Of a DNA stretch of 64,000 bases, positions 1-10,349 are shown in pieces. Every line of letters starts with the position of its first letter. Position 1 is the first letter of the stretch. Both the position numbers and the translations under genes were made by a program. Origin of the DNA: Leptolyngbyaceae cyanobacterium (GTDB lineage Bacteria; Cyanobacteriota; Cyanobacteriia; Phormidesmidales; Phormidesmidaceae); assembly GCA_965263355.1 (NCBI GenBank), contig CBDHHL010000032.1, positions 2,752,001 to 2,816,000 of the forward strand, in the 5' to 3' direction. The notes beneath the pieces were generated by a model that made no database searches, was not told where the DNA came from, and saw only the letters and a list, made by a program, of their open reading frames with translations.

Positions 1-312
1 GAAGCCAATTTGTTTAACAGGGGTACGTCTGCTACCTACTTGAAGAGCGAAAAGATTATGGAAGCGATTGAATCCCCTTCCCTGAGAGTTCGTTTAAGAC
101 AAGTAGGACAAAGACCAGAGGCGAGGCGATATGTTAGTAGTCATTGACTGACGTGCGTTGGATAGTCGTCCTCTAGTCCTAGCAGACAAGCCCCATTTTT
201 TGACTTTACGCTTTTCTTGACAGTTGGGATGAGTGAAGATGAGGAGCGATGCGATATGTTAGTAGACATGCAGGCTGTCGCTCGTTGCATAGTCGTCTCC
301 TCGGTTCGTCCC

Positions 313-396
313 CCATAACTGCGTCGGTGCGGACGGAACCAAAGTTATTGCTGAGGATTTAAGGTTATCTGCCGCCGCACAACTTCATCGTTAGCC
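313..396 (+). other. attC-like integron recombination site #1
   Basis: R'' CCATAAC (313-319); arm GTCGGTGCGGACGG pairs imperfectly with CCGCCGCACAAC, with bulged bases; R' GTTAGCC (390-396); 45 bp before the hsdM start. Confidence 0.7.
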
Positions 397-440
397 CAAT
401 AACCTGAAAAGCAGCTTCACCAGGGAAAAAAGACGCATTA

Positions 441-2015
441 ATGGCGAAGAAAACGAAATCAACAAAACAGCAAAAATCCTTTGAGCAAAATCTTTGGGAC
501 ACCGCCGATAAGCTGCGCGGCACGGTGGAATCTTCTGAGTACAAGCATGTGGTCCTCAGTCTGATCTTCCTGAAATTCGTCAGCGATAAATTCGAGACCC
601 AGCGCCAGAAGCTCAAGGACGAGGGCATGGGCGACCACCTAGACATGGTCGAGTTCTACGCCAAGGATAATGTCTTCTACCTACCCGAGGCGGCCCGCTG
701 GTCTACGATCCAAGCGCAATCGAAGCAGGATGATATCGCCCTGCGCATTGATACTGCCCTACATACGGTGGAAAAGACGAATAAGGCGCTGCGCGGTGCG
801 TTGCCGGATAACTATTTCTCCCGTTTGGGCCTGGATACGGCGAAGCTGGCTTCGTTGATCGATTCCATCAGCGATATCGACACGGTGGCGGACAAAGAAG
901 AAGACGTGGTGGGCCGGGTCTACGAATATTTTCTCGGCAAGTTCGCGGCGACGGAGGGCAAGGGCGGCGGCGAGTTTTATACCCCTAAGTGTGTGGTTAA
1001 TCTGAACGCGGAGATGATTGAACCTTACCGGGGCAAGATCTACGACCCCTGTTGTGGTTCGGGCGGTATGTTTGTGCAGTCGGTTAAGTTTGTGCAGAGC
1101 CATCATGGCAACCAGAAGGATATTTCGATTTACGGTCAGGAACAGACGGGTACGACCTACAAGCTGGCCAAGATGAACCTGGCAATTCGGGGGATTGCGG
1201 GCAATTTGGGCGAGGTGCCTGCGGATACGTTCTTCAAGGATCAGCATCCGGATCTAAAGGCGGACTTCATCATGGCGAATCCGCCGTTTAACCTGAAGCA
1301 ATGGCGGGCGGATGATGAACTTACGGATGATCCGCGCTGGGCAGGTTATGAGACGCCGCCCACGGGCAATGCCAACTATGCCTGGATTTTGCACATGGTC
1401 AGCAAGCTTTCGGAGAACGGTGTTGCTGGCTTTGTGCTGGCCAATGGTTCGATGAGTACGAACACAAAGGGGGAGGGTGAGATCCGCCAGAAGCTGATCG
1501 AGAACGATCGCGTTGATTGCATGATCGCGCTGCCGGGCCAGCTTTTTTACACGACTCAGATTCCGGTTTGCCTTTGGTTTTTGACGAAGAATAAGCGGGC
1601 GCAGACGGTCACCAGCCACAGCGAAAGTAACTATCGCGATCGCCAGGGCGAAACCCTATTCATTGATGCTCGCAATATGGGCAGCATGGTCGATCGCACC
1701 CACAAGGAACTAACGGCGGCGGATATTGCCACCATCGCCCGTACTTACCATGCTTGGCGGGGGGAGGCGAAGGATGGAGCCTATGAAGACCAGCCGGGGT
1801 TCTGCAAGGCGGCGACGTTGGCGGATATTAAGGCGAATGACTATGTGCTGACGCCGGGGCGGTATGTGGGGGCGGCGGCGCTGGAGGATGATGGGGTGCC
1901 GTTTGAGGTGAAGATGGGGGAGCTGACGCAGCGGTTGTATGGGCAGATGCGGGAAGCGGAGAAGTTGGATGGGGTGATTCGGAAGAATTTGGAGGCGTTG
2001 GGCTATGGGGAGTAG
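441..2015 (+). CDS. hsdM: Type I restriction-modification methyltransferase subunit M
   Basis: GEFYTP, DPCCGSGGM (SAM binding) and NPPF (N6-adenine MTase) motifs; 524 aa. Confidence 0.95.
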   Translation: MAKKTKSTKQQKSFEQNLWDTADKLRGTVESSEYKHVVLSLIFLKFVSDKFETQRQKLKDEGMGDHLDMVEFYAKDNVFYLPEAARWSTIQAQSKQDDIALRIDTALHTVEKTNKALRGALPDNYFSRLGLDTAKLASLIDSISDIDTVADKEEDVVGRVYEYFLGKFAATEGKGGGEFYTPKCVVNLNAEMIEPYRGKIYDPCCGSGGMFVQSVKFVQSHHGNQKDISIYGQEQTGTTYKLAKMNLAIRGIAGNLGEVPADTFFKDQHPDLKADFIMANPPFNLKQWRADDELTDDPRWAGYETPPTGNANYAWILHMVSKLSENGVAGFVLANGSMSTNTKGEGEIRQKLIENDRVDCMIALPGQLFYTTQIPVCLWFLTKNKRAQTVTSHSESNYRDRQGETLFIDARNMGSMVDRTHKELTAADIATIARTYHAWRGEAKDGAYEDQPGFCKAATLADIKANDYVLTPGRYVGAAALEDDGVPFEVKMGELTQRLYGQMREAEKLDGVIRKNLEALGYGE

Positions 2016-3087
2016 GAAAAGCTCAAAGCTCCAAAAGGGTCAAGGCGCAGACTTACCTGAAACCTCACAACTGGTGCAGGATATCAGACAACTCATTGAT
2101 GGAACCCGTGCGGGGGTAGCAGCTACAGTGAATGCGGGCTTGACCCTGCTGTATTGGCGTGTTGGCGAACGGATTCGCTGTGAAGTGCTCTTGGAAGAAC
2201 GCGCTGAATACGGCCAGAAGATTTTGCCGACACTGTCTGCAAAATTAACGAAGGATTACGGAAGAGGATGGAGTGAGCGTAATCTGGCCTATATGGTTCG
2301 TTTTGTTGAAGTATTTCCACAGATTGAGATTTTGCAGACGCTATGTGCAAATTTGAGCTGGAGCCATTTCAAAGACATTATCTACATTGATGACCCACTG
2401 AAGCGTGAGTTCTATGCGGAGATGTGCCGGGTCGAAGGTTGGAGTGTCCGAACGTTACGGCAAAAAATTGATGGGATGCTCTATGAGCGCACGGCGATCT
2501 CAAAGCAACCTGATGAGGTGATTCAGCATGAGCTAAAGGAACTGAAGGAGGCTGACAAGCTTTCTCCGAATCTGGTCTTTCGTGATCCTTACTTTCTGGA
2601 TTTTCTGGGGCTGAAGGATCGCTACCTAGAGAAGGATTTGGAAGATGCGATTTTGCGAGAGCTGGAAAGCTTTCTGCTGGAGCTGGGCAGTGGGTTTGCG
2701 TTTCTGGCGCGGCAACGGCGTATTCAACTGGATAATGATGACTACTATATCGACCTGCTGTTTTATCATCGCCGCTTAAATCGGCTGATTGCCATCGATC
2801 TGAAGCTGGGGGATTTTAAGGCGGAATATAAGGGGCAGATGGAGCTGTATCTGCGTTGGCTGAGTAAGTATGAAAAGCAAGCGGGGGAGAATGAACCGCT
2901 GGGGCTGATTCTCTGTGCGGGTAAAAAGCAGGAGCTGGTGGAACTGCTGGAGCTAGACCAAGCGGGTATTCATGTGGCGGAGTATTTCACGGAGTTGCCG
3001 CCGAGAAAGTTGCTGGAGGATAAGCTGCATCAAGCCATTGAGAATGCTAGGGAGCGGATTGAAAATAGGGGGAGTGAAGATGAATAA
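2005..3087 (+). CDS. YhcG/DUF1016 PD-(D/E)XK nuclease-domain protein
   Basis: LSWSH, RDPYFLDFL, GFAFLARQ, IDLLFYHRRL...IDLK, GQMELYL motifs. Confidence 0.9.
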   Translation: MGSRKSSKLQKGQGADLPETSQLVQDIRQLIDGTRAGVAATVNAGLTLLYWRVGERIRCEVLLEERAEYGQKILPTLSAKLTKDYGRGWSERNLAYMVRFVEVFPQIEILQTLCANLSWSHFKDIIYIDDPLKREFYAEMCRVEGWSVRTLRQKIDGMLYERTAISKQPDEVIQHELKELKEADKLSPNLVFRDPYFLDFLGLKDRYLEKDLEDAILRELESFLLELGSGFAFLARQRRIQLDNDDYYIDLLFYHRRLNRLIAIDLKLGDFKAEYKGQMELYLRWLSKYEKQAGENEPLGLILCAGKKQELVELLELDQAGIHVAEYFTELPPRKLLEDKLHQAIENARERIENRGSEDE

Positions 3088-3094
3088 GCGGTTA

Positions 3095-3190
3095 GAACTG
3101 ACCCAGACGCTGTATCGGCAGAGGTTGGAGTCGGAGCGGTTGGATGGGGTGATTAAGGAGAGTTTGGAGGGGTTGGGTTATGGAAGGTAA
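3095..3190 (+). repeat. Diverged duplicate of the hsdM 3' end (1920-2015)
   Basis: ELTQTLYRQRLESERLDGVIKESLEGLGYGR* vs ELTQRLYGQMREAEKLDGVIRKNLEALGYGE*. Confidence 0.85.
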
Positions 3191-4094
3191 TTGGCACCAA
3201 AGCACTCTCGGAAACATCGCCAGCCGAGAAGGTAATGGCCTGGTTGATGGTCCTTTCGGCTCAAATCTTCCTGCATCTTCCTACACAGAAACTGGAGTGC
3301 CAGTTATCAGGGGCAGCAACCTGACTCTAGGGTTAGGTCGTTTCAATGCAGAGTCATTTGTTTTCGTCTCAGAAGAAACCTCTCAAAGACTATCTCGAAG
3401 TTTGTGCAAACCACAGGACATTGTTTTCACTAAAAAGGGAACTCTTGGGCAAACTGGATTGATTCCTGAGAATGGCTATGCGCAGTACTTGATTTCTTCA
3501 AATCAAATGAAATTGAGAGTAGACAAGGCCTTAGCCGATCCTCTTTATGTCTATTATTATGTTTCTTCTCCTCAAAGCGTTCAAAAAATATTACGTGACT
3601 CAGAAGCTACTGGTGTTCCTAAAACGAACCTCGCCTACCTGAAAGACTTTCCAATTCAACTACCATCCCTTTCTAAACAAAAAGCGATCGCCCACATCCT
3701 CGGCTCCCTAGACGACAAAATCGAACTCAACCGCCAGATGAACGAAACCCTAGAGGCCATGGCCCAGGCATTGTTCAAGAGTTGGTTTGTGGACTTTGAC
3801 CCGGTGATTGACAACGCCCTGGCCGCAGGCAACCCCATCCCCGAAGCGCTCCAGGCTAAGGCAGCAGCACGGCAGGCCCTGGGCGACAAGCGCAAGCCCC
3901 TGCCCGAGGCGATTCAGCAGCAGTTTCCCAGTGCGTTTGAGTATAGCGATGAGCTGAGCTGGATTCCAAAGGGTTGGAAAGTTTTACCTTTCGCTAGCCT
4001 TGCGCACTTAAACCCAGAATCATGGACAAAAAAGAATGCTCCAGATAAGGTCTTTTATGTTGATTTATCCAACACTAAGAATGGAAAAAAATAA
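3180..4094 (+). pseudogene. hsdS: Type I R-M specificity subunit, truncated early in the second TRD at the IS boundary
   Basis: DGPFGS TRD start and conserved LP..Q..IA.IL.SLDDKIELNRQMN...ALFKSWFVDF spacer; ORF stops immediately before the ISL3 terminal repeat. Confidence 0.85.
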
Positions 4095-5379
4095 GGCTCT
4101 ACCGGATTAATTATGCAGCCACAGTAGGAAAATGCCAACAAATCAGACAACGTAGTCTGAACCGCTCGAAATTTCTGAAGCCATAGCCAGAGCGTTTTAT
4201 CAGCTTCAGGCGATTGTTGATGCCTTCGACGACCCCACTGGTGGTTCTATTCTCAAAGTATTGAATGATCTCGCCAAACCACCGGCTCATGGTTGCAACT
4301 GCTGCCGGGAAAAGGGCCTGAGCATCTGCCATCCAGTCCAAAAAACCGAGCGTTGCTTGGGCACAATTGCCATTGCTAAACAAGGCTCTGAACGCCTCCT
4401 TGTGTTGATGCATCAGCGCCAGTTTAGGCGAAACCGCTTTTACCTCGGCCAGTTTATCTATCTGGAGCTCACTGAGGTTTTCCTCTGGCTTGAGCAAAGC
4501 ATACTTGCTGTTCTTAAGAGCGGCTTTGGCATCCTCAGGAGTGACCCCTTCCGGCAGCCCCTCGGGGGCTCGAATGAAGGCATTACGAGCCTGGTTGAGT
4601 TCTTGATTGACCAACTTCATCACATGAAATCTATCGGCCACAATCTCAGCTTGAGGCATCAGCCGACGCACCAAGCCTCGGTAATTGCCAGACAGGTCAA
4701 TGCTGACCTCCACGATGTTCGATAAGACCTCCTCTCCCCAGGGCTCTAGCACCGCTTTGATGTCGCGATGAGTGCGTGAAGGCGCCATGCCAATCAGTTG
4801 GTGGCTATCGAGGTCACTTAGAACCACCGCAAAGTCCTTGTGACCTTTTCGCACAGCGATTTCGTCGATGCCCAAACGCCGCAGGCCGCTCAGGTCGATG
4901 CGGACTTTTTTTCGCTCATATACTCCACCATTGACCACACCAAGTCTTCACTGAGTCCATGATGACGGGCTACATTGGCTATGTCACTATGAATCACTTG
5001 CCCGACAATCACCTGCGCATATCGGTCAGTGTAACGACGACGCGCACCGACAAAATCAAGCACCTCACTGAAGGGTTTACCGCAGGTCGCACATTTGAAC
5101 TGACGGCGGTTGACTCGCAGCCAAGTCTTGCGATAGTGGCTGATCGGCAGGTCTCTCACCAAATACCCATGATTCTGATGCAGATGGTGGCTCACGCTCC
5201 CACAGCGAGGGCACATGGCAGACTCCTCGTGGGCTTCCACACTCAGAATCAGACCTTCCTCGGTTTCTTCATAGGACTCGACATCAATGTCCGCTAAGCC
5301 CAATAACTCAGTCAGTAGGGGAACCATTGCTGAAACGGTATAGTAATGACTACATCAGCATACTAATTCCTGAAGAGCC
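4095..5379 (-). mobile_element. ISL3-family insertion sequence
   Basis: Imperfect terminal IRs GGCTCTACCGGATTAATTATGC / GCATACTAATTCCTGAAGAGCC enclosing a transposase; no target duplication seen. Confidence 0.9.
4111..5327 (-). CDS. ISL3 transposase split by a frameshift (4890-5327 and 4111-4938)
   Basis: Zn finger CPRC...CATC, GIDE, ADRFHV and EGINNRLKLIKRSGYGFRN motifs; frame changes at an A-run near 4906-4912. Confidence 0.85.
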
Positions 5380-5587
5380 GAACGTATTCAAATAAGAATG
5401 TCTTTTATGCTGGCTGCTTGACACAAGTGCCTCAAACGTAGAATATCTGTAATGAAAATTCGAGATTTTCAGGCGATGTGTCAAGCAATCAGCGTCTTTT
5501 ATGACCTGTAATCTATTGCCTAGTGTGTGTGTTCTGGAAAAATCATCTGAGATATCTAGAATGTTGTATGGTAACTGGGTGTAGGGG

Positions 5588-7305
5588 ATGACGAACAAAG
5601 ATTTATTAGATATACAATCTATTTTGGGAAAGGGGGGTGGTGTGGTTGCTGCACAAGCTATTGCTTCGAATACCGTAATTGAAATTGCTCCTGTTGCTCC
5701 TTTTCCAGCGACAGAGCGTGTGAGTATTGATGCAACCCATCTTGGCAAGTATTATTTTGTTCAGCCAGAAGCTTATCAATATGGAAAAAACGTTGACGGA
5801 TATTTGGTTTTTGAGCAGCCCAAGGAAAAAAGCATCCAATGGTTACCTGATAGCTATGTTGTTGCGGTGACGGGAATTTCAACGAACCATTTTTCTAATC
5901 CTGGCAGTCGTTGCCACTGTTTTTCCAGCTCATCCATAGCACTCGCCGACAAGCTAACCCCGGTCTCGTATATCTGAGTGATCAATTTCACCACCGGGTG
6001 ATTGCCCTTAAAAGTTAACGTGGCCGCAAAGTTCAGTACCGTCTCAACGCTGTCTAGCAGATCCCCATTCCAATGTTGTTCTAACCAACCAAAGGTGCGC
6101 TCAACGGGATTGTATTTACTGTGATAGGGGGGATAATAGGCTAACTGCAAGGGAATGTGTTCTCGATTCACCCACTGCACCAATCGAAACATAAATTGAG
6201 TGCGTCGTGACTGGTTTTCGGGACCGTTGTCGAGATTAATCACCCACTTTTGAATCTGGGGAAACTCAACTTTAATGTCGTTCCACCACTGTTCAAGTAG
6301 GTCAACGAGGCAGTCTGCGGTGACCTTGGAGGTCACAAAGAACAAAGATAAACGGTCGTATTGAGGCAAATAAATCCCCACAGGTGTCAGCGTCTGAGTG
6401 GGCTTAAAATCATGGTCTGCTGCCAGGGTGGGAACCCGATTTTTTTCCCCCTCGGTCATAGTCGCCGATATTAATGGTCGCCTTAGCATCGATGGAAATG
6501 CGCAAGGTCGATTCATCGGCATCCGCCTCCGCATTGACCCGACCCACTTGGTCAAAAATGGCGTCAGTTTCGGGAATTTTCTTTTGGGGTTTGGCTTTGA
6601 TCACTCGTCTTAAACAATAGTTCATCTCATTGAGCCGTTGACGAATCACTTCTGAGGTCGGTAACTCGTCGTCACGATACCCCGTTTGCTCGATCAATTG
6701 ACGACGTACCTCGGGGGCACTGATACGGGTATACAACCGCTCACTGCGTAAACTCGGATCTGCTTGGGTGAAGGGATCGACTATTGCACGAATATCGTCT
6801 TGTAACTTGGGCAACCTCGACTCAACTCGTTTACGTCCTCGACGGCCAAAGGCATCTTCAATCGGAGTCCCACTGGTTAACTCCTGCATCCCTTTACGAA
6901 TCGTGCCACGGTTCCATCCCAACGTCTGTTCGGCACGGGTTTGGCCTCCTATCCCCAACTCCTTGACCACCTTGGCCATAAACTGACGACGATGGGTGCC
7001 CTTTAGCTGGTTGGCGGTTTCTATAAATAGGGCTTTGAGAGAATCAGTTAATTCAAGAGACGTGGATGCCACAGAGCTGATTTAGAAATAGTCGACTGCT
7101 CTGACTATTATAGGATGATTTATTTATTTGGTAGCTCTTTGGCCTTGCTTCGCTATGCAATCATGCCAGCATACCGAATGCAAAAGTTGATTGGGTAACC
7201 AATGAAATTGGCTTGTGGGCCCATCTGACCAGCATTAAAGATATTGCAGCAGGTGAAGAGGTAACTCTCTATTACACCAATATCGATGAGTACCAATTCT
7301 CGTAA
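5588..7305 (+). pseudogene. SET-domain methyltransferase (129 aa when restored) interrupted by IS
   Basis: Joining 5588-5812 to 7141-7305 gives GKGGGVVA...GYLVF|GLASLCNHAS.PNA...DIAAGEEVTLYY, the SET signature motifs. Confidence 0.85.
5813..7137 (-). mobile_element. ISAzo13-like insertion sequence (transposase in two frames, 6410-7072 and 5854-6555)
   Basis: IRs GAGCAGCCCAAGGAAAAAAGCATCC / GGATGATTTATTTATTTGGTAGCTC; TTT target duplication (5810-5812, 7138-7140); ISIDAK, LDNGPEN and YPPYHSKYNPVE motifs. Confidence 0.9.
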
Positions 7306-7344
7306 AAGTACTGTGTAAGTAACTCAAAGTTCAGGGCAGTGTAG

Positions 7345-8244
7345 ATGCAGAAAACAGATTTTTATTTGCTCACTGATGCAAGTATTTTGTGCAGTTACCT
7401 AACCAACCGTTGGTTGGCAAGATTGGGGGAGCATCCTGGATTTTGCGGTGTTGTGGTAAGAGAAAAACGTCCAGATGAATCTGTCTTACAACACCGTCAT
7501 GCATTCCATGCTCAGTACGCAGGAAAACATGAACTATCTGTAGACCAATGGAAGGAACTGATAGCACTGTATCCAACAATTAGTGAGGCAGAGCAAGCCA
7601 CCATAGAGGCTATGGTAAACGCCTATGGGCTTTGTCCGTATGCAGTCAGCGATCACCCAAATACGATCTTCCTTGATCACGATGTAAATAGTGAAGCTGC
7701 TCAAAAATGGCTGCAGTCAATTACTCAAACCACTTCATTGCCTTGGCTATTTAGTTGTATCGGACAAATTTTCAAACCACTTTGGATAGAAACACTGCCT
7801 GGGCGTTTGGTCAATAGCCACACTGCTGTATTGCCTTACGCAAGAGGAATTTACACTATTGAAAATATAGCTGCTACACAAGATATCTCAGCATTGCGAC
7901 AATCTACAGGTTTTACCATTCATTACATAGATGCACAAGTTGATACGGGAGCAATTATTCGCACCGAACGTGTTGTTGATCCCTTTAGATTTGATACTTT
8001 ATGGGATTTGAAAGCGTACATTTACATGAGCAGTTTCGATTGTTACATTAGTACAGCTGAAGCAATAGTTAACTGCTCTGAAACTGTTCCTGCTGGTATT
8101 ATTGCTGACCCGGCTTTGCAAGGGCGCAATTTCAAGAGCAAAGATTTTTCTGTAGCTAAGAAGATTGCTGCAGAAACAGGTTATGCAGCAATGAAGAGAC
8201 TGATTAAATCTAGTGCAACTAGGTTACCTAGTGCATCGAATTAG
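7345..8244 (+). CDS. Formyltransferase-family protein
   Basis: LVNSHTAVLPYARG and GFTIHYIDAQVDTGAII match the formyl-THF transferase N-x-H and H...D-x-G motifs. Confidence 0.8.
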   Translation: MQKTDFYLLTDASILCSYLTNRWLARLGEHPGFCGVVVREKRPDESVLQHRHAFHAQYAGKHELSVDQWKELIALYPTISEAEQATIEAMVNAYGLCPYAVSDHPNTIFLDHDVNSEAAQKWLQSITQTTSLPWLFSCIGQIFKPLWIETLPGRLVNSHTAVLPYARGIYTIENIAATQDISALRQSTGFTIHYIDAQVDTGAIIRTERVVDPFRFDTLWDLKAYIYMSSFDCYISTAEAIVNCSETVPAGIIADPALQGRNFKSKDFSVAKKIAAETGYAAMKRLIKSSATRLPSASN

Positions 8245-8543
8245 AACCTTGAGACTCGATAGTAATAAGTCTTCTTGAGACTCAAGTTATCAGAAGTTTT
8301 ATAGTAAACTACATTCGTTTCGAAGGTTGTGGTAGGTTTGAGCGATTGTTCTTTACTCTCTTCCCAGCCTAAGATTGCGTATAGTGCCTAGCCAGTAATC
8401 CCTTCAAGCAGTAAGTTTTGCTAGTTTGTCTCTATGCATTCTTGCGGCGGGACGGGAGTAGGTGTTCAGATTGGTTAACAACTCTGCAGGAGCAGACGGA
8501 TTGCAAGAATCAGGCATTTTTCACAAAATACTGACCGCCACCC

Positions 8544-8627
8544 AGCTAACATTGCGTTGCAACGGCGGAGCATAAGCAGTTGATCAAAGGCTAAAGTTAC
8601 TACCGCCGTTGAACTTCGCCGTTAGCC
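8544..8627 (+). other. attC-like site #2 (near-canonical)
   Basis: AGCTAAC-N5-GTTGCAACGGCGG ... CCGCCGTTGAAC-N6-GTTAGCC, with one extrahelical G in L''. Confidence 0.85.
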
Positions 8628-9024
8628 ACTTAACAAATACAAGCAAAGGAGATGATGCAGGTAACACAAAATATAAGGAAGATTAAAGAATAATTATTAT
8701 TACCAAACTTAACAGGAACCTCATGGGAAGCGCTACGTCATTGTACTTATGAAACATAAGGTAATCCAGAATGAGAGGACGTGTACGTTTAGACTAACTG
8801 TGTTGCCAATGCTGAATAAATCAGTCGGAAAATAAAATTTATAAACACTTCAAAACTTTAAGATTGTTTAGATCTTAGCTAATTAAGAGATTTGAACGAT
8901 TTCATCAGAAAGCTCGGGTGCACATTTTTATCCGGATCTACTAATCCACTTCAGAATGTTTGCTCAATAAGCATTTCGTGTGGAACTTTGCTTCTGTATA
9001 AGTGTAAATAATGTGGTTGACAAC

Positions 9025-9981
9025 ATGTTTTATAGGTTACCATCAGTACTCTTATTGACCGGTAGTGTTTTCTTTCTCGGTAGTTGTGGGATCAATCAGC
9101 CCACCGCCGACTCTAGCAGCAATACATCAACAGGTGATGCCATTGTTCTAACAGATGTCAGTTTTGATCCAGACTCATTGATTCCTGAGACCCAGCCTGT
9201 TGCTGATTATCTGGCCAATAATCTTAAAAAAGCAGGAATTACAAAAGGTGAAGTCCAAATTGCTCCAGATGTGGATACCGTAGCTGAGTGGATGGCATCG
9301 GGCGAAGTGAATGTCTACTTTGACAGCGTTTTCCCTGCTATGTTGGTGATGGAAAAGGCTGGAGCTACACCCATTTTACGTCGTTGGAAAGACGGTGTCC
9401 CCGAATACAATACTCTCTTTGTTGCTCGTAAAGATAGTAATATAGCTGATTTGACATCTCTGCAAGGAAAGATGATTGCTATGCAGGCTCCCAGCTCTAG
9501 CTCTGGGTTTATGTTTCCCTTGATTGAGCTGATGGATGCTGACTTTAAGCCAGTAGCCAAGACAGAAGCCAATCATCAGGTCGAGGACGATGAGATTGGC
9601 TATGTTTTCTCAGGTGAGGATGAGACAACGGTAGAATGGATTCTCAATGGTAAGGTCCAAGCTGGAGCCTTGGATAGTGAGACTTGGGCAGAAGTCTCTG
9701 ATGCCGATCGAGAAGAGTTAATGGTCATTACTGAAACGGCTAAATATCCTCGACACATGGTAGTGGTTGGTCCCAGCCTGAGCGATGAACAAATTGAGGT
9801 TGTTAAAAATGTTCTGCTGGATATGGAAGATTCAAAACAAGGTCGTGAAGCTCTTGTAGAATTTAGCGAGACCGCTGAGTTTGATGAATTCCCTGAAGGG
9901 GCGGACGAAGCTGTGCTCAAACTTCAAGATGCCTACAACCGTGTCAAAGAGCATTTAGCAGCACAGGAGATTCTCAGCTAA
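9025..9981 (+). CDS. PhnD/phosphonate-type periplasmic substrate-binding lipoprotein
   Basis: Lipobox-like FLGSC after ATG 9025; L.GK.IA....SSSG.M.P motif; ORF-track start 8980 is probably too long. Confidence 0.8.
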   Translation: MFYRLPSVLLLTGSVFFLGSCGINQPTADSSSNTSTGDAIVLTDVSFDPDSLIPETQPVADYLANNLKKAGITKGEVQIAPDVDTVAEWMASGEVNVYFDSVFPAMLVMEKAGATPILRRWKDGVPEYNTLFVARKDSNIADLTSLQGKMIAMQAPSSSSGFMFPLIELMDADFKPVAKTEANHQVEDDEIGYVFSGEDETTVEWILNGKVQAGALDSETWAEVSDADREELMVITETAKYPRHMVVVGPSLSDEQIEVVKNVLLDMEDSKQGREALVEFSETAEFDEFPEGADEAVLKLQDAYNRVKEHLAAQEILS

Positions 9982-9996
9982 AGGCTTTGATTGCCC

Positions 9997-10138
9997 TAGA
10001 CCTGTTGCGATATAAGAACCTAATAGCCTTGAAACCCTTGCTAGTCATAGGCTTCCAGTGACTTCTCGTTGCAAAGCCTGAACCTATTGGCATCAAAGGA
10101 TTTCAGCTATTCTGTTCATCTATTTCGCAACACCTCTA
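9997..10138. mobile_element. MITE-like non-coding element
   Basis: Terminal IRs TAGACCTGTTGCGATATA / TATTTCGCAACACCTCTA, inner IR (AATAGCCTTGAAACCCTTG / CAAAGGATTTCAGCTATT), TA at both ends. Confidence 0.65.
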
Positions 10139-10349
10139 CTGTTTAGTCAATAATTAGTTGGCGTAATTGAACCTCTAATCCCCATGATTGAAATCATGGG
10201 GTAGGTCTCTCTAAAAGTTTGAATGATTAGATCCAGCTTTTTACCATTACTGCTGATTCAAACGATGACTTGGTCTGTTGGTTTTGATTGAATCCAAAGT
10301 ATCCGGTTCAAACTTTCATCGAGAATCAGCAGCATCCGTTCTTTAAAGA

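Noticed and set aside
127..300. GCGATATGTTAGTAG...ATAGTCGTC repeated twice, as a CRISPR array
   Set aside because: Only two imperfect copies, no regular spacers, no cas genes
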